This document shows positions 37,714 to 47,123 of a DNA stretch of 64,000 nt, in pieces. Every line of letters begins with the position of its first letter. The first letter of the stretch is position 1. The position numbers and the translations under genes are program-made. This stretch comes from a bacterium. GTDB taxonomy: Bacteria; UBA8248. The notes under the pieces were generated by a model that was not told the origin of the DNA, did not search any database, and was given only the letters and a program-made list of their open reading frames with translations. The stretch spans positions 2,912,001 to 2,976,000 of the forward strand of contig OZ241326.1 in NCBI GenBank assembly GCA_965199855.1, written 5' to 3'.

Positions 37714-38970
37714 CTACCTGCCCGCCGCGGCCTCGGCCACGCGGGGCGAATAGGCGAGATCGTCCACCTGCGGCGGCTCCTCGAGGAAGCCCGCCGCCTT
37801 GAGCGAGAGCACGTCGTTCGTGCCGTCCGAGTGGAGGAAGCTCAGGGCGTCGCGCATGAGCTTCTCCACGGGGTTCTTCCGCATGTATCCCGCCGCCCCC
37901 CAAAGCTCCATCGCCGCCTGGCACACCTGCACGGCGGACTCGGAGGCGAACACCTTGCTCAGCATCGCGTTTTTCCTGTCCATTTCGTCCAGCTGGGTGG
38001 ACCACGCCGCGCGCCACAAATAGGAGCGGGAAGCCTCTATCTTCATCGCCATGCGCGCGAGCCGCGCCTGCTGAATCTGGTGCCCGAACAGGGGCGCGCT
38101 CCCCTGAACCCTGGCGTGCGCGTACTGGAGCGAGAGGTCATACGCCCGCTGCGCGACGCCCAGGACGGTGGCGCCCGCCTGAATGTTGCTGCCGTGCCTG
38201 ATCAGCAGATTCGCGAGCGCGGGCATGGCCTGGCCCTCTTCCCCGATTTGATCCTCCTCGGGAATCTCCACGTCGTGAAACTCCAGCGTGCCGTTCTGAA
38301 CGCAGCGCTGGCCGAGCTTGTCCCACACCTCCGTGACCTCGAACCCCCTGGCGTCCGAGGGCATCAAAAAGGCCGTGAGGCTGTTCGCCAGGGGATTCTT
38401 TCTGTCCGTGCGGGCGACGACCTGATAGATTCTGGCGAGGCCGCCGTTCGAGATGTAGCGCTTGGCGCCGTTCAGCACCCAGCGATCCCCCTTCTTCTCG
38501 GCGTAGGTCTGCATTCCGGCGCCGGGATCCGGATTCGGCAGCACGTTGTCGCTGCCCGCCGTCGGCTCCGTCCAGGCGGTCGCCAGAAGGCATTCCTCAT
38601 CATCCATCAGCTTCGGAAGCCAGCGCTTCCGCTGCTCGTCGTTCGCCATGTTGACGATCGACGTCATGATCTTCCACGTCTGATCGTAGGCCACGGCGAG
38701 CCCCAGGTCCCCATACGCCAGCGCCTCGCCCACGACGGCGCAGGAAAGCACGTCGGCGCCCTCGCCCCCGAACTCCTTCGGGACGGTAAGCGTTCTGAGA
38801 CCCCGCTTCGAGCCCTCCCGGATGACCTCCCAGTTAAAGGATTTCCCGGGATCCTGGATGCGGTCCGCGACCTCGGCGGCGGGTATCATCACCTCGGTGG
38901 CGTATCTTCTCGCAGTCTCCCTGAGCTCCGTCTGCCGCTGCGTGAGCTGGAAATCGACCATCGGTTTCAT
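37714..38970 (-). CDS. Acyl-CoA dehydrogenase family protein
   Basis: TEPTAGSD, LNGAKRYISNG, KLGQR, WGAAGYM...EKLMRDA. Confidence 0.95.
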   Translation of the reverse strand: MKPMVDFQLTQRQTELRETARRYATEVMIPAAEVADRIQDPGKSFNWEVIREGSKRGLRTLTVPKEFGGEGADVLSCAVVGEALAYGDLGLAVAYDQTWKIMTSIVNMANDEQRKRWLPKLMDDEECLLATAWTEPTAGSDNVLPNPDPGAGMQTYAEKKGDRWVLNGAKRYISNGGLARIYQVVARTDRKNPLANSLTAFLMPSDARGFEVTEVWDKLGQRCVQNGTLEFHDVEIPEEDQIGEEGQAMPALANLLIRHGSNIQAGATVLGVAQRAYDLSLQYAHARVQGSAPLFGHQIQQARLARMAMKIEASRSYLWRAAWSTQLDEMDRKNAMLSKVFASESAVQVCQAAMELWGAAGYMRKNPVEKLMRDALSFLHSDGTNDVLSLKAAGFLEEPPQVDDLAYSPRVAEAAAGR

Positions 38971-39051
38971 CCTCCCAAAGAAGGCGCGTCACGCGCCGGG
39001 GAAAAGCCTCGCCCGCGCCCGCTTTTCCCCATGCGCCGAAAGCGGGACGCC

Positions 39052-39450
39052 CTACGAAGCCGGGGGATTCTCGCACAACTCGATGCGGATGTTCCCCGGC
39101 CCCCTGACGTAGGCGATCATCCGCCCGCCGACGCCGAGGCGCGCGGGCTCCATCATGATCTCCGCCCCCCTGCCTCTCAGCCGCTCGACCGCCGCCTCCA
39201 CGTCCGCGACGCCGAACCCGAAATGATCCAGCCCCTGAACCAGCTCCGGCCCCACCGAATCCGGCGTCTCCCCCGGCCTGACGCCGCGCGCGAATATCAT
39301 CAGCCCGCCGATTCGAATCGCCGCGTTGGGCGAGCCCTTGAAGTCCTCGTCATAGCGGACGAGTTCGGCGTCGAACACGTCCTGAAAATACGCGGCGAAC
39401 GACTTCGCGTCCGCGCAGACGTAGTGAACGTGATCAAGGCCGAATTCCAT
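39052..39450 (-). CDS. VOC/glyoxalase family protein
   Basis: LDHVH, LDHFGFGV, GPGNIRIEL. Confidence 0.9.
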   Translation of the reverse strand: MEFGLDHVHYVCADAKSFAAYFQDVFDAELVRYDEDFKGSPNAAIRIGGLMIFARGVRPGETPDSVGPELVQGLDHFGFGVADVEAAVERLRGRGAEIMMEPARLGVGGRMIAYVRGPGNIRIELCENPPAS

Positions 39451-39470
39451 CGCGTCCTCCGGGCGCGGCG

Positions 39471-41177
39471 CTACGGCGCGATGATGACCGGGGAGTCCTC
39501 CGCGTCCGCGCTCTCCGAAGCGCCGCCCCCGGCTTCCTCCTCCGGCGCCTCCCCTTCCTCTCCACGGGACTCCCGGGCCTGGCGAATGATTCGCTCGAGC
39601 ATCAGGTTGATGGAATGCTGAACCATCTCGACGAACAGCGCCGGGGGCTCATCCGCGTCCTTCAGCACCTCATCGGCCAGCGTCAGGCACTCCCGGGCCA
39701 TCGCCTCATCGCCCGCCTGGTGGAAAATATACCCGTTGTCCTCCAGCTGGCCCGAGATGCGCTCCCGCAACGCCCCGTCCTGAAAAATCTCTTTCGCGCC
39801 GTTTTCCACGATTTGCCGCAGCCGCTCCCGCCTTTGCCTCTCGTCCATCGCCACCCGGCTTTCCATCGCCTGCAGGAACTCCTGGAAATGCGGCGCCGCA
39901 CGCTCCTCATCCATCGCCCATCCCCAAAAGGGGCGATGGGCGAACACGGCGCGCGTCTCCATCCTCTCCCCGCCTTCTTCGAGGGCGCGCACCGCCCGGC
40001 GCACCGGGTGCGGCCCCTCCGGGGGAAACGCATCGGGCTCCGCCAGGGGATCGAGCATGAGCTTCGCGCGCGTGAAGCCGTGGGGCAGCGGCGTCTCTCC
40101 CGCTTCGTTCTCGCGCCGGGCGCGCTCAAGAAGCCAAACGGCGTACCCGGCGGGCACCTCGCGCGTCGCCAGGGCGGGGATTTCCGAAACCCGGCGGAAA
40201 ACGCCGCGCAACTCCCTGGCGCTCATCTCCGCATCGGTGAACTCGACGATTCCCCGCCCCCGGCGCAGGCGCGCCTGCGCGAGATACCTGCCGCGAGGAA
40301 CCCTGGAGCGCGCGAGCCACAAAAGCATCTGTCCGCGCCCATCCACCGCGCTCGCCGCCGCGTGAGCGTAATCGGGCCGGCCGGCTCGGTGGGCGCCGCG
40401 CGCGTCCGCGTCGGGCGGCTTTTCAATTTCCACCCCCCCGCTTTTCAGGCGAAACGCCGCCTTGCGGATGAGGGACAGCGCGTCCTTGTCCCCGACCAGC
40501 TTCGAGAGCTTCCGGAGCGCGAGGGCGGCGTCCCGCGTCCCCAGGCGCGCCAGAATCCGAATGAAGTGGGCGGGCGGCGAGACGCCCTCGCCGGACATCG
40601 CTTCCGCCAGCGCAAGCGCGCGCTTCTCCGGAACGCCGTCCGCCCCCTCCAGGCCGTCCCGCAGAGCGGCTTCCGCCAGAAAGGGAGGCAGGCTTTTCAG
40701 CGAAGACGCGAGGGGCTTCGCGGAATCGACGGAGAGGGGGGCGTCCTTCTTCAGTCGGGCGGCGACTTCGCGGGCGACGCCCAGATTCTCCGCGTCCAGG
40801 CCGGCCGGCAGTTTCGCCTCCGGGTCCAGCGCGCGAATGGTCTCCCCCAGCGCGGCGAGGCCCGGAAGCGACCAGCGCATCGTCCGGATCAGGGAAACGA
40901 GCTTCCGCACGACGGACGGATCGCCCAGCTCCCGCAGGGCGAGAAGGGTGGGGACGCGCCCCTCCGGCGCGGTGGAAGACAAGTGGCCCAGGACGCCGGC
41001 GACGCCCGCCGCGCCCATTTCCCGGATTTCATCCAGCAGGGGCGCGGGCGCCATGGCGCCCGGCGGAGCGGGCGAAGTGAAGGACGCCTCCAGGCCGGCC
41101 GCCACGCCCGCCGCGCGGAGCAGGACTTCCTTCGGAAAAGCCTTCTTCGAGGATTTCCGCCTCGGCTTCTTCGCCAA
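39471..41177 (-). CDS. Conserved hypothetical protein (helical, HEAT-like N-terminal half)
   Basis: 568-aa ORF with protein-like composition; TTG start with GGGAGAAGGG upstream; SAVDGRG motif. Confidence 0.65.
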   Translation of the reverse strand: MAKKPRRKSSKKAFPKEVLLRAAGVAAGLEASFTSPAPPGAMAPAPLLDEIREMGAAGVAGVLGHLSSTAPEGRVPTLLALRELGDPSVVRKLVSLIRTMRWSLPGLAALGETIRALDPEAKLPAGLDAENLGVAREVAARLKKDAPLSVDSAKPLASSLKSLPPFLAEAALRDGLEGADGVPEKRALALAEAMSGEGVSPPAHFIRILARLGTRDAALALRKLSKLVGDKDALSLIRKAAFRLKSGGVEIEKPPDADARGAHRAGRPDYAHAAASAVDGRGQMLLWLARSRVPRGRYLAQARLRRGRGIVEFTDAEMSARELRGVFRRVSEIPALATREVPAGYAVWLLERARRENEAGETPLPHGFTRAKLMLDPLAEPDAFPPEGPHPVRRAVRALEEGGERMETRAVFAHRPFWGWAMDEERAAPHFQEFLQAMESRVAMDERQRRERLRQIVENGAKEIFQDGALRERISGQLEDNGYIFHQAGDEAMARECLTLADEVLKDADEPPALFVEMVQHSINLMLERIIRQARESRGEEGEAPEEEAGGGASESADAEDSPVIIAP

Positions 41178-41336
41178 AACCCTTCTCCCGCGAGATGCGC
41201 CCCGGAGCCCGCATCATCAGAGGGCGCGGCGCGTTCTGTCAACACGGCGCGGAAGGCCGCTTCTCCCCCCTTCCGCCTTTGCCAACGCCTGCGGGCGCAT
41301 GACACAATCGCCGACACACGGGTCTTGGGAGAATAC

Positions 41337-42326
41337 GTGAATCTTCGCTTCGTCCACTGCGGCGATTTTCACCTCGGCTGCGATTTCGACTACCTCCCGC
41401 CCTCGAAGGCGGCGGCGCGGCGGGCCGACCTCCGCATGGCGTTTTTTCGCTCCGTTCGAGAAGCGCTCGCGTGGGGGGCGCAGGCGTTCCTCATATCGGG
41501 CGACCTGTTCGACTCGCCCCACCCCGGGGAGCGCGACATCGAGATCGTGGCGAAGAACCTCGCGTGCCTCTCGAAGAGCGGGACGCGCTGCTTCGCCATT
41601 CCGGGCAACCACGACCCGGTGCGCCCGCAGTCCGTTTGGAGCCGGCCCGAAATCGCGGACAACCTCCATCTGCTTCACGCCGATCCCGCCGCCGAATTGG
41701 GCCAGGCGGACATCGCCGAGCTCAATCTCACCGTCGCCGGCATCCCCTGGAGCGAGGCGGACGCCCGCAAGCCGCCCCTGCGGGAAATTCTCACGCGAAA
41801 ACTTCGCCTGAACGACAGGGCCATCCTGCTCCTGCACGGCTCGGAGGCCGCGCTCGCCTCGGAGCATCCCGCGTTCGAGGAGCATCCGTTCCGGGCCGAC
41901 GACCTCGAGCGCCTGCCCTTCGGCTACGCGGCGATAGGCCACTACCACAAGCCTCTGGACGTCGCCCGGTGGAGCGGCGGCGGCGCGTGCTACAGCGGCT
42001 CCCCCGAAGGGTTGCGCTTCAGCGATCACAATCTCGGCGAGCGCTCCATCGTCCTGGGGGAAATCGACGAGAAGGGCGCGCTCATCCGGCTGAAGCGAAA
42101 AGCCGTCAACGCGCGCACCATGAAGGCGCTCTCCTGGTCGGCGGGCGACGGGAGCGCGGCGGACGACTGGTTTCGCGCCATCGACGACATGAAAGGCCCG
42201 GATATTCTCCTGAGAGCGCGCGTGCCGAAGCGGGAGGGCGCGCGGCAAAGGCGGGCGGAAGTTCTCCTCTCCGCCCTGCGCCATGAGTTTTTCCACCTGG
42301 ACGTCGTATGGGAATCGTCTCCGTGA
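41337..42326 (+). CDS. Mre11/SbcD-like metallophosphoesterase nuclease
   Basis: GDFHLG, GDLFD, PGNHD, LLHG, IGHYH, YSGSPEG; GTG start with GGGAG. Confidence 0.88.
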   Translation: MNLRFVHCGDFHLGCDFDYLPPSKAAARRADLRMAFFRSVREALAWGAQAFLISGDLFDSPHPGERDIEIVAKNLACLSKSGTRCFAIPGNHDPVRPQSVWSRPEIADNLHLLHADPAAELGQADIAELNLTVAGIPWSEADARKPPLREILTRKLRLNDRAILLLHGSEAALASEHPAFEEHPFRADDLERLPFGYAAIGHYHKPLDVARWSGGGACYSGSPEGLRFSDHNLGERSIVLGEIDEKGALIRLKRKAVNARTMKALSWSAGDGSAADDWFRAIDDMKGPDILLRARVPKREGARQRRAEVLLSALRHEFFHLDVVWESSP

Positions 42327-43111
42327 GCAGGCCCGTCCGGTGCGACGTGGCTTTCGCCCATCCGGAAATCCCCGCGCGGATCGGGGACGCGCGCCGGGCG
42401 CGCCGGCAAGGGGCGGAGAGCATCGTATGCGTCGTGATGGACGTCCTGAGAGCCACCACGAACATCGCCGTCATCCTGGAGAACGGAGGCTCCGCCGTCC
42501 ATCCATGCGCGTCCGTCGAGGCGGCGCTTGATCTCGCCCGAAAGCTGCGTCTTGAGCGCGGGCCGGAAAACATACTCCTGGGCGGCGAGCGGGACGGCAG
42601 ACCCGTCCCGGGATTCGACGGAGGGAATTCCCCGCTGGAATACGCGAGCCCGAGAATCCGGGGAAAAACGCTCGTGTTCTCCACGAGCAACGGAACCAGG
42701 GCGCTCTTCGCCGCGAAGGACTGCGGAGAGGTATTCACCGCCGCGTTCGTGAACGTCACCGCGGTCGCCGAGCGGGCGGCGTCCGTCCTGCGCCAGGATC
42801 CGGGCCGATCCCTCCTGATCGCCTGCTCGGGCCGGGAAGGCGCCTACTGCGAAGAAGACGCCGTGGGAGCGGGCGTCCTGCTGGGCATTCTGTCCGAGAG
42901 TCTGGAGAACCCGGAGCTTTCCGACGCCGCGCGCGCGGCGCTTCACCTCGCCGGACGCGCCGGGCGGAGCCTGGAGAAAATGCTCTTTCGGAGCTGCTGG
43001 GGAAAGCGCCTGGCCGCCCTGGGCTTCGGAGACGACGTCTCCTTCTGCGCGCAACGGGACATTACGAGCGTCGTTCCGAAACTCGAAGACGGGGCGATAC
43101 GGAGCGCCTAA
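42308..43111 (+). CDS. comB: 2-phosphosulfolactate phosphatase (ComB family)
   Basis: DVLRATT, GGERDG, GNSP, STSNGT, EEDAVGAG; start may be GTG 42323. Confidence 0.88.
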   Translation: MGIVSVSRPVRCDVAFAHPEIPARIGDARRARRQGAESIVCVVMDVLRATTNIAVILENGGSAVHPCASVEAALDLARKLRLERGPENILLGGERDGRPVPGFDGGNSPLEYASPRIRGKTLVFSTSNGTRALFAAKDCGEVFTAAFVNVTAVAERAASVLRQDPGRSLLIACSGREGAYCEEDAVGAGVLLGILSESLENPELSDAARAALHLAGRAGRSLEKMLFRSCWGKRLAALGFGDDVSFCAQRDITSVVPKLEDGAIRSA

Positions 43112-43920
43112 CCCTCGGGCGGCGGCACCAATGCGTCCTCAATCAGCCCCCGCGCCCCGGGAGACTCCGCCCCGGGCCTCAGGTGGAGAAAGAACTCCCG
43201 GTTTCCCTTCGCGCCCGGAATCGCGCTCGGGACGACGCCCCGGGGCGCCAGCCGCATCCGAAGCGCCTCGTCCCAAACGCGAAGGAGGACTTCCCGATGA
43301 AGCGCGGGGTCCCGGACGATTCCCCCCTTTCCGACGCGCCCCCTGCCCGCCTCGAACTGCGGCTTGACGAGAGCGGCTATCTCTCCGCCGCCGCCGAGCA
43401 GCTCGCGAACCGGCGCGAGCACCTTCAGCACGGAGATGAACGAAACGTCCACGGCGCACAAATCCGGCTTTTCCTCTCCCGCCGCGGCCCTGAAAGCTTC
43501 GGGCGTCAAATGTCTGGCGTTCACCCCCTCCAGGAGCGCGACCCTGGGGTCGTTCCTCAACTTCCAGTCAATCAGCCCCCTGCCCACGTCCACCGACGCG
43601 ACCCGGCGGGCGCCGCGCCTGAGCAGCGCGTCGGTGAATCCGCCCGTCGACGCGCCGACGTCCAGGCAGTACCTGCCTCGCGGATGAATTCCGAAGGCGT
43701 CCAGCGCGCCCGCGAGCTTCACGCCCCCCCGGCTCACGTAGGGATGGGCGGCTTCCTTGAGGGAGATGGAGGCGCTCTCTGAAAATGAAGCGCCCGCCTT
43801 CAGGGCGGGCCTGCCGTCAACGCGCACGAGGCCCGCCAGAATCAGGCTCCGCGCGCGCTCCCGGCTCGGCGCCAGAGCGCGCTCAACGACCAGCTTATCA
43901 AGCCTCCGCTTTCCCGCCAT
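43108..43920 (-). CDS. tlyA: TlyA family rRNA methyltransferase
   Basis: S4 RLD start, YVSRGGVKL, DVGASTGGFTD, DVSFIS, KPQFE. Confidence 0.95.
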   Translation of the reverse strand: MAGKRRLDKLVVERALAPSRERARSLILAGLVRVDGRPALKAGASFSESASISLKEAAHPYVSRGGVKLAGALDAFGIHPRGRYCLDVGASTGGFTDALLRRGARRVASVDVGRGLIDWKLRNDPRVALLEGVNARHLTPEAFRAAAGEEKPDLCAVDVSFISVLKVLAPVRELLGGGGEIAALVKPQFEAGRGRVGKGGIVRDPALHREVLLRVWDEALRMRLAPRGVVPSAIPGAKGNREFFLHLRPGAESPGARGLIEDALVPPPEG

Positions 43921-45832
43921 ACGGCTCCAGGTCGGTCAAGCCCGACCCGGCTTCGACGATGCCGCGAGCCGCCTGGGTAATCTCGCCCGGCGTGAGCCCG
44001 CAGTCCTCGCGCTGGAGTTGAGGCGCCCCGTGCTCGATGAAGCGGTCGGGAATGCCCAGAACCTCAACGGGAACGCCTCGAACGCCGCGCGCCGCCAGGA
44101 GCTCCAGAACCCCGGCGCCCATGCCGCCGATGCGCGTCCCCTCCTCGATCGTTACGATGCGCCCGCATCTCCCGGCGAGTTCGAGAACCGCCTCCTCATC
44201 CATCGGCTTCACGAAGCGAAGGTTCAGGACCGAAGCCTGGACGCCGAGCTCCGCCAGCTGCCCGGCGGACTCCATCGCCAGCCCGACCATGGGGCCCAGG
44301 GCGATGAGCGCCACGTCGCCGCCCTCCCGGAGCAGCTCCGCCTTCCCGACGGGAAGCGCCTCGATGCGCTCGGCCATCGTCACCCCCTCGCCGGAGCCGC
44401 GCGCGAAGCGCACCGCCGCCGGCCCGGGATGCTCAACGGCGGTCAGAACCATCTTCCGCAGTTCGTCCTCGTCCTTCGGGGACATGATGACCATGTTCGG
44501 CAGGCACCGAAGATAGGCCAGGTCGTAGGCGCCCTGGTGGGTGGGGCCGTCGTCGCCCACGAGACCGGCGCGGTCCAGCGCGAAGGCGACCGGCACCTTC
44601 GTGAGGCAGACGTCGTGAATGATCTGGTCGTAGGCGCGCTGCAGAAACGTGCTGTAGATGGCGACGACGGGCTTCATTCCCTGAAGCGCCAGGCCCGCGG
44701 CGAACGTCACCGCGTGCTGTTCGCACATCCCCACGTCGAAGCACCGCTCCGGCAGCGCCTTTTGATAGTTCACGAGGGCCGTTCCCTCGAGCATGGCCGC
44801 CGAGATGGCCACTACCTTTTCGTCCTTCTCGCTGAGTTCGATCATGGCGTCGGCAAAGACCCTGGAATAGCCGGGAGGCCCCGGCGTCTTCTTGTGAAAG
44901 GCGCCGGACTCGGGGTCGAACTTCGTCACGCCGTGATAGGTGATGGGCTCCGCCTCGCTGTAGGGATACCCGTGCCCCTTGCGGGTAACGACGTGAACGA
45001 GATTCGGCCCCTCCAGGTTTTTCACGTTTCTGAGGGTGGGAATCAGCAGGTCCAGCCTGTGGCCGTCCACCGGGCCGATGTATCGAAAGCCCAGCTCCTC
45101 GAACAGGATGCCCGGCGCGATGATGTTTTTCAGGGATTCCTCCACCCTGTCCATGAGCGTGACGGCATGTCCGCCCACCAGGGGAAGGTGGCCGATTATC
45201 TTCTGAACCTCATCGCGCACCCTGCGCGCCCGGTTCGCCCACTCGCCCGTCATGATTCGCGCCAGATAGGAGCACATGGCGCCCACGTTGTGCGAAATGC
45301 CCATCTTGTTGTCGTTGAGAATGACGGTGAGGCTCCGCTTTACGTCGCCGGCGTTGTTGAGCGCTTCCATCGCCATGCCGGCGGTCAGGCTCCCGTCCCC
45401 GATGACGGCGACGACCTCGAAGTCCCCGCCCGAGAGATCCCGCGCCGTCGCCATTCCCAGCGCCGCGGATATGGAGGTGCCTCCATGCGCCACGTTCAGA
45501 TGGTCGTATTCGCTCTCGCGCCTGTCCGGAAAGCCGGCGATTCCTCCCCATTGCCTCAGCGTGTGAAACCGATCCCGGCGGCCCGTCAGTATCTTGTGCG
45601 CATACGCCTGATGGCCGACGTCCCAGATCAGCTTGTCCTTCGGCGTCTCATACAGGTAATGAAGCGCGACGACGAGCTCCGCGGCGCCCAGGGAGGCGCC
45701 GAGGTGTCCGCCCGTGTTGGAGGTCACCTGAATGATCACGTCGCGGAGCTCGTCCGCGACCTGGGGAAGGTGGTCCTCCGGCAGTTTTCTCAAATCCGCC
45801 GGACTGTCGATGCGATCCAGCAGTTCACCCAT
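43898..45832 (-). CDS. dxs: 1-deoxy-D-xylulose-5-phosphate synthase
   Basis: GGHLGASLG, WDVGHQAY, GDGSLTAG, YSTFLQRAYDQ, DRAGLVGDDGPTH. Confidence 0.98.
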   Translation of the reverse strand: MGELLDRIDSPADLRKLPEDHLPQVADELRDVIIQVTSNTGGHLGASLGAAELVVALHYLYETPKDKLIWDVGHQAYAHKILTGRRDRFHTLRQWGGIAGFPDRRESEYDHLNVAHGGTSISAALGMATARDLSGGDFEVVAVIGDGSLTAGMAMEALNNAGDVKRSLTVILNDNKMGISHNVGAMCSYLARIMTGEWANRARRVRDEVQKIIGHLPLVGGHAVTLMDRVEESLKNIIAPGILFEELGFRYIGPVDGHRLDLLIPTLRNVKNLEGPNLVHVVTRKGHGYPYSEAEPITYHGVTKFDPESGAFHKKTPGPPGYSRVFADAMIELSEKDEKVVAISAAMLEGTALVNYQKALPERCFDVGMCEQHAVTFAAGLALQGMKPVVAIYSTFLQRAYDQIIHDVCLTKVPVAFALDRAGLVGDDGPTHQGAYDLAYLRCLPNMVIMSPKDEDELRKMVLTAVEHPGPAAVRFARGSGEGVTMAERIEALPVGKAELLREGGDVALIALGPMVGLAMESAGQLAELGVQASVLNLRFVKPMDEEAVLELAGRCGRIVTIEEGTRIGGMGAGVLELLAARGVRGVPVEVLGIPDRFIEHGAPQLQREDCGLTPGEITQAARGIVEAGSGLTDLEPYGGKAEA

Positions 45833-45946
45833 GCCGTCTCTCGCCAGGGAGGAACATGACGAAGCCCCTTTCGCCGCAGGACGAGGGCGTCCTCGATTCT
45901 CGGGCTCCGGCCTCCCGCGAAGCCTGACGCGAATTGTAACAAACCC

Positions 45947-46864
45947 TCAGAATCTTCGCAAGACGACAAATCGCGCCAGGGAGGCCAGGGCGGGCGCCCG
46001 GTTCGGGAAGACGTCAAGCGCCTCCAGCGCCTCCTCGCAGGCGGAGCGCGCCAGCCGCTTCGACGCCTCCAGCCCGTGCAGGGCGAGATAGGTCGCCTTG
46101 TTCGAGCCCTCGTCCGAGCCGGTGGGCTTTCCCATGAGCGCCGCGTCGCCCTCCGCGTCCAGGATGTCGTCCACGATTTGAAACGCCAGACCGATTTTTT
46201 CGCCATAGACGCCCAGCGCCTCCATCCGCGCCTCGCCGCCGCCGCCGAGCAGCCCCCCCAGGCGGACGGAAGCCCTCAGAAGCGCGCCCGTCTTCCTCCG
46301 GTGAATCTCCTCCAGGCGCGCCGCCTCCCGAACCCGGCCGTTGGCGCGAATATCGAGAAGCTGCCCCCCCACCATGCCCGCCGCGCCCGCCGCCTCGGCG
46401 AGCACCCGAATCGCCTCCAGGCGCCGCTCGGAGGAAATTCTCTCTCCCATCTCCCGGTTCGCCATCAGCTCGAAGGCCAGCGCCTGCAGGCCGTCGCCCG
46501 CGAGAATCGCCGCCGCCTCTCCATAGACCCTGTGATTCGTGGGGACGCCCCGTCTGAGGTCATCGTCGTCCATCGCGGGCAAATCGTCATGGATCAGCGA
46601 ATAGGAATGAACGCACTCGAGGGCGCACGCGGCGGGCAGGACGGCTTCGGGGTTCCCGCCCACGGCCTCGCACGCGGCCACGCAGAGAACCGGGCGCAGG
46701 CGCTTGCCCCCCGCGAAAAGGCTGTAGCGCATGGCCTCGAACATCTCGGGCGGCTCGGACGCCGCCGGAACGAGCCTGTCGAGCTCCTCCTCGACCCGCT
46801 TCGCCCAGCCGCCCAGGTAGGCCTCCGCGTCGACGCCGTCCGGCCGATCGGCCTCACCCATCAT
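45947..46864 (-). CDS. ispA: Farnesyl diphosphate synthase (polyprenyl synthetase)
   Basis: GGKRLRP, HSYSLIHDDLPAMDDDDLRRG, FQIVDDILD; exact start uncertain (46861-46879). Confidence 0.95.
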   Translation of the reverse strand: MMGEADRPDGVDAEAYLGGWAKRVEEELDRLVPAASEPPEMFEAMRYSLFAGGKRLRPVLCVAACEAVGGNPEAVLPAACALECVHSYSLIHDDLPAMDDDDLRRGVPTNHRVYGEAAAILAGDGLQALAFELMANREMGERISSERRLEAIRVLAEAAGAAGMVGGQLLDIRANGRVREAARLEEIHRRKTGALLRASVRLGGLLGGGGEARMEALGVYGEKIGLAFQIVDDILDAEGDAALMGKPTGSDEGSNKATYLALHGLEASKRLARSACEEALEALDVFPNRAPALASLARFVVLRRF

Positions 46865-47123
46865 CTTCATCGTCTTCAAAGGGCCGCAAAGAGAAGGCTT
46901 CTTCCGACTCCTCCACCAGTTCCTTCACTTTTTTCTGCGCCGCCTCCAGCTGCCCGCGGCTGTAGCGGAAGAGCCTCACCCCCTCCTCATACAGCGAAAC
47001 GGCCTCTTCCAGGGACGGCTCGCCCCCCTCGAGCTCCTCCACGATGGCTTCCAGACGCTCCAGGGCGGCCTCGAAGCTCTTCGGCTCCGCGTCGGATTTC
47101 GCGGGTTCATTCGCGGCGCTCAT
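46854..47123 (-). CDS. xseB: Exodeoxyribonuclease VII small subunit
   Basis: FEAALERLEAIVEELE...LEEAVSLYEEG. Confidence 0.95.
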   Translation of the reverse strand: MSAANEPAKSDAEPKSFEAALERLEAIVEELEGGEPSLEEAVSLYEEGVRLFRYSRGQLEAAQKKVKELVEESEEAFSLRPFEDDEDDG

